This document shows, piece after piece, positions 58,562-64,000 of a stretch of 64,000 nucleotides of DNA. Each line of letters starts with the position of its first letter. Position 1 is the first letter of the stretch. A program made the position numbers and the translations under genes. The stretch covers positions 1 to 64,000 of the forward strand of contig CAWJSK010000014.1 in the NCBI GenBank assembly GCA_963845535.1, written 5' to 3'. Source of the stretch: an uncultured Spirochaetota bacterium (GTDB taxonomy: Bacteria; Spirochaetota; Spirochaetia; SZUA-6; Fen-1364). The notes under the pieces were generated by a model, which made no database searches, was not told the DNA's origin, and saw only the letters and a program-made list of their open reading frames with translations.

Positions 58562-59208
58562 TCATAACAAAAAGCCGATCCCGAGTCCAGCGACGAAATC
58601 GGGTCCCATCATTCCGGTCTCCAGTGAAAGGGAGAGCAGATCGATACCAAAGGAGAGTCCGGCCGACCAGTCCAGACCCCAGGCATTCGGCGGAAAGACG
58701 GACTCTGCCTGGGTGACCGGCCCAGCGACAATCCCGTAGTCGTCCCAGTAGGTCACATTCGTGTAGCCATAGGGACCATAGCCGACTGCTCCGTCCAGGG
58801 TGAACGCCGGTGCCAGGTGGAGGTGCAACGTGCCCATGACCGCGAGCGCCCACCATTCGGCCCCGATGTGAACGCCGTCATAGGGGTAGTAGCTTCCTGA
58901 GGTGTCAGACACGCCGGGCATTCCCAGGTCCCAACTGGAGAAGGCGAATGATCCCTTTACCTCGATTCCGACATCAAGCGGCCACCGGCGCACGGCCAGG
59001 TACTCGATGTCTCCGGAGAGGACGAAGTCGCTGGAGGCATTGCCCTGGGCAGGCACGCTGAAGAACGGGAGACGTGAGACCGAAAGGTGTTCGACGCTGT
59101 GCCGTATTCGAAGTCTATTCCCGCGCGCAGCCCGGCGGGATATCCAGGGGCAACGCCCGCAAGAAGGACCATGAGGCCGATGATGGAAGTCAGGGTCAAC
59201 CGATTCAT
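58562..59208 (-). CDS. Outer-membrane beta-barrel-like protein, frameshifted near 59090
   Basis: Signal peptide MNRLTL.. in one frame, beta-strand core in another. Confidence 0.55.
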
Positions 59209-59438
59209 ATGAGCCACCTCGCAACCGCTGTCACCGTCATAAACAACATTCTCACCGGCTGCCGTAGCGGTCAACATAATTTCTTGTTGTTCCGTTTTTA
59301 CGAAGCTTTTACATTTCCCGTAAACCCCAGTGACACAACGCCCCTGAATCTTGCTACAATCAGACAGTATAAGCAGTAAAATCCGCGCGGAGTTGGTCCG
59401 CGCCAGGGAGTGCGACCCGCGAGCAGGCGGAGCGTGAA

Positions 59439-61456
59439 GTGAAGGCTCGATATCTCGGGATCATTTTCGTTGCGGCAGTCCTCGTTCCCAGCGTGTTCCT
59501 TTCCGTGCTGTCGATCCGCTCGGCAGGTCGGGAGGAAGCGTACGTGGAAAAGCAACTGGCAACGACCCTCCTGGCTGAAGTCACTCACACGGCAAGCCTG
59601 GTGAACGCCGGGGTGGACCGACTTGCTGATGAGCTTCACGCAAGCGTAGCTTTCCCAACAGGTTCGGCGTATCAGCGCGCTCTCACCGCCTGGAAAGGAA
59701 GGGACGCCCTTGTCGGCGTGCCTTACGTGCTGTCGCCGGAGTATGGGATCCTATGGCCGTGGCCGGGAAACCCGTCCACGCAAGAGGAGCGCGCCTTTCT
59801 GCGGCAGAACGCGGATTTCCTGAGCGGAAAGTCCGCCACGGCGGTCTTCGCCAACATAGCCGTTGTGCACAAGGAGCAGGTCCTGGCGGAAGCGAGGAGA
59901 CTGGGCGCAGCCTCGCAAGGCGCGGCTATGGGGCGTGCTTCTCCAGCAGGTGCGGCTGCGGGTTCTCTCGCGCTGGCCGCGCCTGGTTCTGAGCCCGCGG
60001 CGTCCGCTGAAGCTTCAAAGCCCGCTGAGTCGAGCGAGCTGGAAAGCCAGCAAGCCATAGACACGTTCGCCCAAAGCCCCGCTGTCCAGGCAAGCGTTTA
60101 TAAAGAGGCGCGGAAGCAGGGCCAGCAGTTGAATGCAAGGGTTGCCCAGCCCACCTCGAAGGCCCTCCCGGCAAATGCCGACTCTGGCCCAGGAAAGCGC
60201 GGACGCCCCGGCACCCGCGGACAAAAAAGACACCGCCCCAACGTCTCCTCCCGCGGGCCAACCATCCCAGTACATCACCACGTCGCGCCTCCTCAGCGAG
60301 ATCGCCTCCAAGGGCGAGTATGGGATCATCCCGCGGTTCATCGGGGACAGGCTGACGTTTCTCTTCTGGGACCGGCTGCCGGACCGCAGGATTGTCGGAT
60401 GCGAGATTGCGCCGGCGGAGTTCCGTCAACGGGTGGAGGCCATCCTGCCCTCCACGTATTCGGCCGTACGGATCCTCACGGTGCTGGATGAGAGCGGGCA
60501 GCCTCTTGCCACGCCGGCCGGCGTGGCCTCCCGCGACTGGCGGCGGCCCTTCGTCTCCCAGGAGATCGGCTCATCCCTGCCGCGATGGGAAGTGGCGAGC
60601 TACCTGACGGACCCCGGTTCCATTGCCGCGCAGGCGCGATCGACCTCCGCCGTGATCTGGATCCTCGTGCTGATCCTCTTCGTCTCGGTTGCCGGCGGAG
60701 GGACCATGGTCCTCACGTCCTTGTACGGTGAAATGCGCCTGGCGCAGAAGAAAGCGAGCTTCGTGGCCAACGTTTCGCACGAGCTGAAGACACCGCTTAC
60801 CTCCATCAGCCTGTTCATCGACCTGCTGCGTCGAAAGCGCCAGCCGGACCCCTGAGAAGCGGGACCGCTACCTCGCCATGATGGCCGCGGAGACCGAGCG
60901 CTTGGGAAGGCTCATCAACAACGTTCTGGACTTTTCCTCCCAGGAGAAGGGCAAGGCGAAGTATGCAATGCTCTCCGTGGACGTCGGGCAGGTGGCAGAG
61001 GAAGTGGTGGAAGGCCAGCGCGTGCGCCTCGAAGGTCTGGGTTTCACCGTTCGCTTTCTGGCGGAGAGGCCCGCAGAACGCCTGTTTGCAAACGCAGACC
61101 CCGGCGCGCTGAAGCAGGTTCTCATCAACCTCCTGTCCAACGCTGAAAAGTACTCGCCCCGTCAAAAGGAGCTCGAGGTGGAGGCGATTCACACGGGCTC
61201 CGAGGTCGCGGTGCACGTACGGGACCGGGGGATCGGCGTTTCAGAGAAGGACAGGGAGAGGATATTCCTGGAGTTCGTCAGGGTGGACGACTCCCTGACC
61301 ACGCGGGTGCCCGGCACCGGTCTTGGCCTCACCATAGCGCGCAGGATTGCGCGTGATCACGGGGGAGACCTCACCTGCCAGGGCCGCACGGGAGACGGGG
61401 CGGATTTTGTCCTGCGGCTGCCGGCCGCGGCGCCTGACCCCGAGGAGCAGCAATGA
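59439..61456 (+). CDS. Sensor histidine kinase, two frameshifts
   Basis: 2 TM segments, SHELKTPL, NAEKYS, DRGIG, GTGLGL over three ORFs. Confidence 0.85.
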
Positions 61457-62148
61457 TGAAGCAGAGGATCCTGATCGCCGAAGATGACGCGGCAATCCTG
61501 ACGGGGCTCGCCGACCTCCTGGAAGGAGAGGGCTTTTCCGTGGACAAGGCCGCGGACGGCGCGGAAGCGCTCGTGAAATGGAACCAAGCGCGGCCCGACC
61601 TCATTCTCCTGGACGTCATGATGCCGGAGAAGAGCGGGTTTGACGTGTGTCGGGAAATCCGAACGCGGGACGCGGCCACCCCCGTCATCATGCTCACGGC
61701 GAAGGGGGAGGAGATCGACAAAGTGGTCGGCCTCGAGCTGGGCGCGGATGACTACGTCGTGAAACCCTTCGGAGCGAACGAGCTTCTTGCCCGAATCAGG
61801 GCGGTCCTGCGCAGGGGCAGGGGAAAGCCCGCCTCACGGGACGAAAGGCCCATAGAGTTCGCCGACGTCCGCGTGGACCCGAAGACGATGAAAGGCCGCA
61901 GGGGAGGGAGCGAGTTCGACGTCAGCCTTCGCGAGCTGGCGCTGCTTCAGCTTTTCACCTCACGGGAAGGGGCGGCGCTCGACCGGTTCACGATCCTGGA
62001 TGAGGTGTGGGGTGTGAAGTACGAGGGCACCACCCGCACGCTGGACCAGCATATTGCGTGCTTGCGCAAGAAGATCGAAGCTGATCCCGCCCATCCCCGG
62101 CACATCACGACTGTGCACGGAGTGGGCTACCGCTTCTCGGGGAAGTAG
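61453..62148 (+). CDS. OmpR-family response regulator
   Basis: AEDD, DVMMP, TAK, KPF, TVHGVGYRF. Confidence 0.95.
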   Translation: MMKQRILIAEDDAAILTGLADLLEGEGFSVDKAADGAEALVKWNQARPDLILLDVMMPEKSGFDVCREIRTRDAATPVIMLTAKGEEIDKVVGLELGADDYVVKPFGANELLARIRAVLRRGRGKPASRDERPIEFADVRVDPKTMKGRRGGSEFDVSLRELALLQLFTSREGAALDRFTILDEVWGVKYEGTTRTLDQHIACLRKKIEADPAHPRHITTVHGVGYRFSGK

Positions 62149-62174
62149 GCCAAATTGACTGGCCGGCGGGTACG

Positions 62175-62501
62175 TCAGGCCGGTATGAGCTCCCCGTAGC
62201 CAAGGGCGTCTTGGAGAACTGACGAAGTCTTTTTCACTCGCTCAAACTCGTCCGGCGCGTAACAGAGGAAGTCAACGTGAACCGGGAAGCGCACCTTTCT
62301 TGCAACCAAAGCCATTCTTCGTACGAACGGGATTGCCGTGAAAGACTCAGAGACGAGAATAACATCGAGGTCTGATCCCTCGCGGGCGTTGCCGGCTACC
62401 CGCGAACCAAAAAGGATTATCGACTGCGGATTGTATTCCCTTTTCAGGATGGGGATTGCCTCGGCTTTGAAACGCTCTACTAAGGGATCAGGATTCGTCA
62501 T
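62175..62501 (-). CDS. MNT minimal nucleotidyltransferase
   Basis: FGS-x10-DLD. Confidence 0.88.
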   Translation of the reverse strand: MTNPDPLVERFKAEAIPILKREYNPQSIILFGSRVAGNAREGSDLDVILVSESFTAIPFVRRMALVARKVRFPVHVDFLCYAPDEFERVKKTSSVLQDALGYGELIPA

Positions 62502-62917
62502 TTTCCCTCCAGAATCGAAAGCTCACCTTGAAAATGCTGAAAAATGCCTTTCGCTACCACCAGTTTCTCCCGCGCTATTTCCTCCGTATACATTTCAAAC
62601 GGGGTGTCATCGCTGACATCGGGATAACGGGCAAGGGTGTAGTCAGCCGTGAGATCTATGAGATGACCTTGGATGTCCTCGGGGAGGTCGATTGCATTCG
62701 AAAGTTCGTCGAGATAGTGGGTCCTGGGAATTATACCGCCTCGAACAGCAATCACCGTCTTCAGGAGTTTCTCAACAGCTTGTTGGCAAAGGAAGGCGCA
62801 CGTGTCGTATCCTCCGATCGCAATGTTTTTCTCTGCGATCTCCAGATCGTGTCTCGCTTGAAGGTACCATTTTGACGCGATCATCTTGCTCATGAAACCC
62901 GGCGTCCCATGCGGCAA
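62498..62917 (-). CDS. HEPN-domain protein
   Basis: QAVEKLLK, RTHYL, ARYPD; ATGA overlap with MNT. Confidence 0.85.
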   Translation of the reverse strand: MPHGTPGFMSKMIASKWYLQARHDLEIAEKNIAIGGYDTCAFLCQQAVEKLLKTVIAVRGGIIPRTHYLDELSNAIDLPEDIQGHLIDLTADYTLARYPDVSDDTPFEMYTEEIAREKLVVAKGIFQHFQGELSILEGK

Positions 62918-62991
62918 TCATACGGCAGGTCCCTTCCGCTATCAACAGCCGGCCGATTTGTCCTCGGCGGGTTCCATGTTGCGCCCCGCCG

Positions 62992-64000
62992 CTACACGCC
63001 GCGGCTGTTGCGCCGCAGCATCTCGGGAACGCTCTGATTCGTGGTAACCGCGTGCCCGGGCAGAGGCAGCACGCGCTCATGGATGACGTCCAGGATCCAT
63101 TCCTTCTGCGGGAAGAAGGCGTCTTCCATCTCAGCAGCGGGGGTGATCCAGTTGCGCGCGCCCACCACCGCCACCGGGGCATCAAGGGAATCGAATGCCA
63201 TCTGCGAGATGTTGGACGCCATGGTGTGCAGGAAGGACCCGCGCTCGCAAGCATCCGATGCCAGCACGCATCTTCCCGTTTTCTTCACGCTCTCGATGAT
63301 AGGGCCGTAATCCAGCGGGTTGATGAATCGCGCATCTATCACCTCCGCTGACACGCTGTACTTCTCCTGCAGAATCTTTGCGGCGTCCATGGCCCTGTAT
63401 AGCGTGGCGCCGATTGTGAGGATGGTGACGTCCGAGCCCTCACGCCGAACCGCGGGCTCTCCCTCGGGGACCTCGTAGTATCCCGTGGGCACGCCGCCGG
63501 GAACGAACGTCTCACCGACGTCATAGATTCGCTGGCTCTCGAAGAACACCACGGGGTCGGTGCCCCGAAGCGCGAGGTTCATCATGCCCTTGGCGTCATA
63601 CGGCGTTGCAGGGAACATGACCTTGAGCCCCGGTATGTGCGACACGAGGGAGCTCCAGTCCTGCGAATGCTGCGCGCCATACTTGCTGCCCACCGACACG
63701 CGAAGCACGACCGGCATCTTCAGCACGCCTGCCGACATCGCCTGCCACTTGCACAGTTGGTTGAATACCTCGTCACCCGACCTGCCCAGGAAGTCGCAGT
63801 ACATCAGCTCGGGGACGGCCCGGCCTCCGCACATCGCGTAGCCGACTGCCGCACCCACGATTGCCCCTTCCGAGATGGGGGTGTTGAACAGGCGATAGTA
63901 AGGCAGGGCTTCGGTAAGCCCGCGATAGACCGCGAACGCGCCGCCCCAGTCCCTGTTTTCCTCGCCGAACGCGACCATGGAGGGGTCGATGGAGAACCGA
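62992..64000 (-). CDS. 2-oxoacid dehydrogenase E1 beta-like region (partial; possibly part of an alpha/beta fusion)
   Basis: [30 protein letters not shown]. Confidence 0.88.
   Translation of the reverse strand, partial: RFSIDPSMVAFGEENRDWGGAFAVYRGLTEALPYYRLFNTPISEGAIVGAAVGYAMCGGRAVPELMYCDFLGRSGDEVFNQLCKWQAMSAGVLKMPVVLRVSVGSKYGAQHSQDWSSLVSHIPGLKVMFPATPYDAKGMMNLALRGTDPVVFFESQRIYDVGETFVPGGVPTGYYEVPEGEPAVRREGSDVTILTIGATLYRAMDAAKILQEKYSVSAEVIDARFINPLDYGPIIESVKKTGRCVLASDACERGSFLHTMASNISQMAFDSLDAPVAVVGARNWITPAAEMEDAFFPQKEWILDVIHERVLPLPGHAVTTNQSVPEMLRRNSRGV

Noticed and set aside
1..61456. Many split genes (AOR, panB-like, hisA, aroK, symporter, GHMP kinase, OMP, sensor kinase) as genome decay or programmed frameshifting
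   Set aside because: Isolated indels in otherwise intact housekeeping genes with no slippery-site pattern; long-read consensus error is the simpler explanation

Overview
64-kb chromosomal window, most likely from an anaerobic spirochaete (Spirochaetota-type HDOD, CarD, FlgM, OppA and lipoprotein genes; inference). Several housekeeping genes carry single-base frameshifts that look like long-read indel errors. The left 6.7 kb is a mobile-element pile-up: three nested IS1380-family remnants, a truncated group II intron whose EBS1 is complementary to the IS terminal inverted repeat it sits in, and an intact ISNCY-type IS. Most of the rest is housekeeping (pfk, argA, proC, serS, thrC/thrB/aspartate kinase, rlmE, oppA, fprA, carD, nth, HU, hisA, aroK, galU, phoH2, fabI, guaB), plus lipoproteins, outer-membrane proteins and two toxin-antitoxin-like pairs. 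The standout is an AT-richer, tightly coupled minus-strand operon at about 23.6-32.5 kb. In order: a promoter covered by a perfect 27-bp palindrome, small ORFs, an RHH-like protein, a 1165-aa triple-PilZ/LuxD-like thioesterase/SAM-methyltransferase fusion, an atypical acyl-adenylating enzyme, an ACP, and a membrane histidine kinase-REC-HD-GYP hybrid. It reads as a candidate c-di-GMP-gated lipid-signal synthase with its own receptor/phosphodiesterase, a circuit I do not recognise as described.
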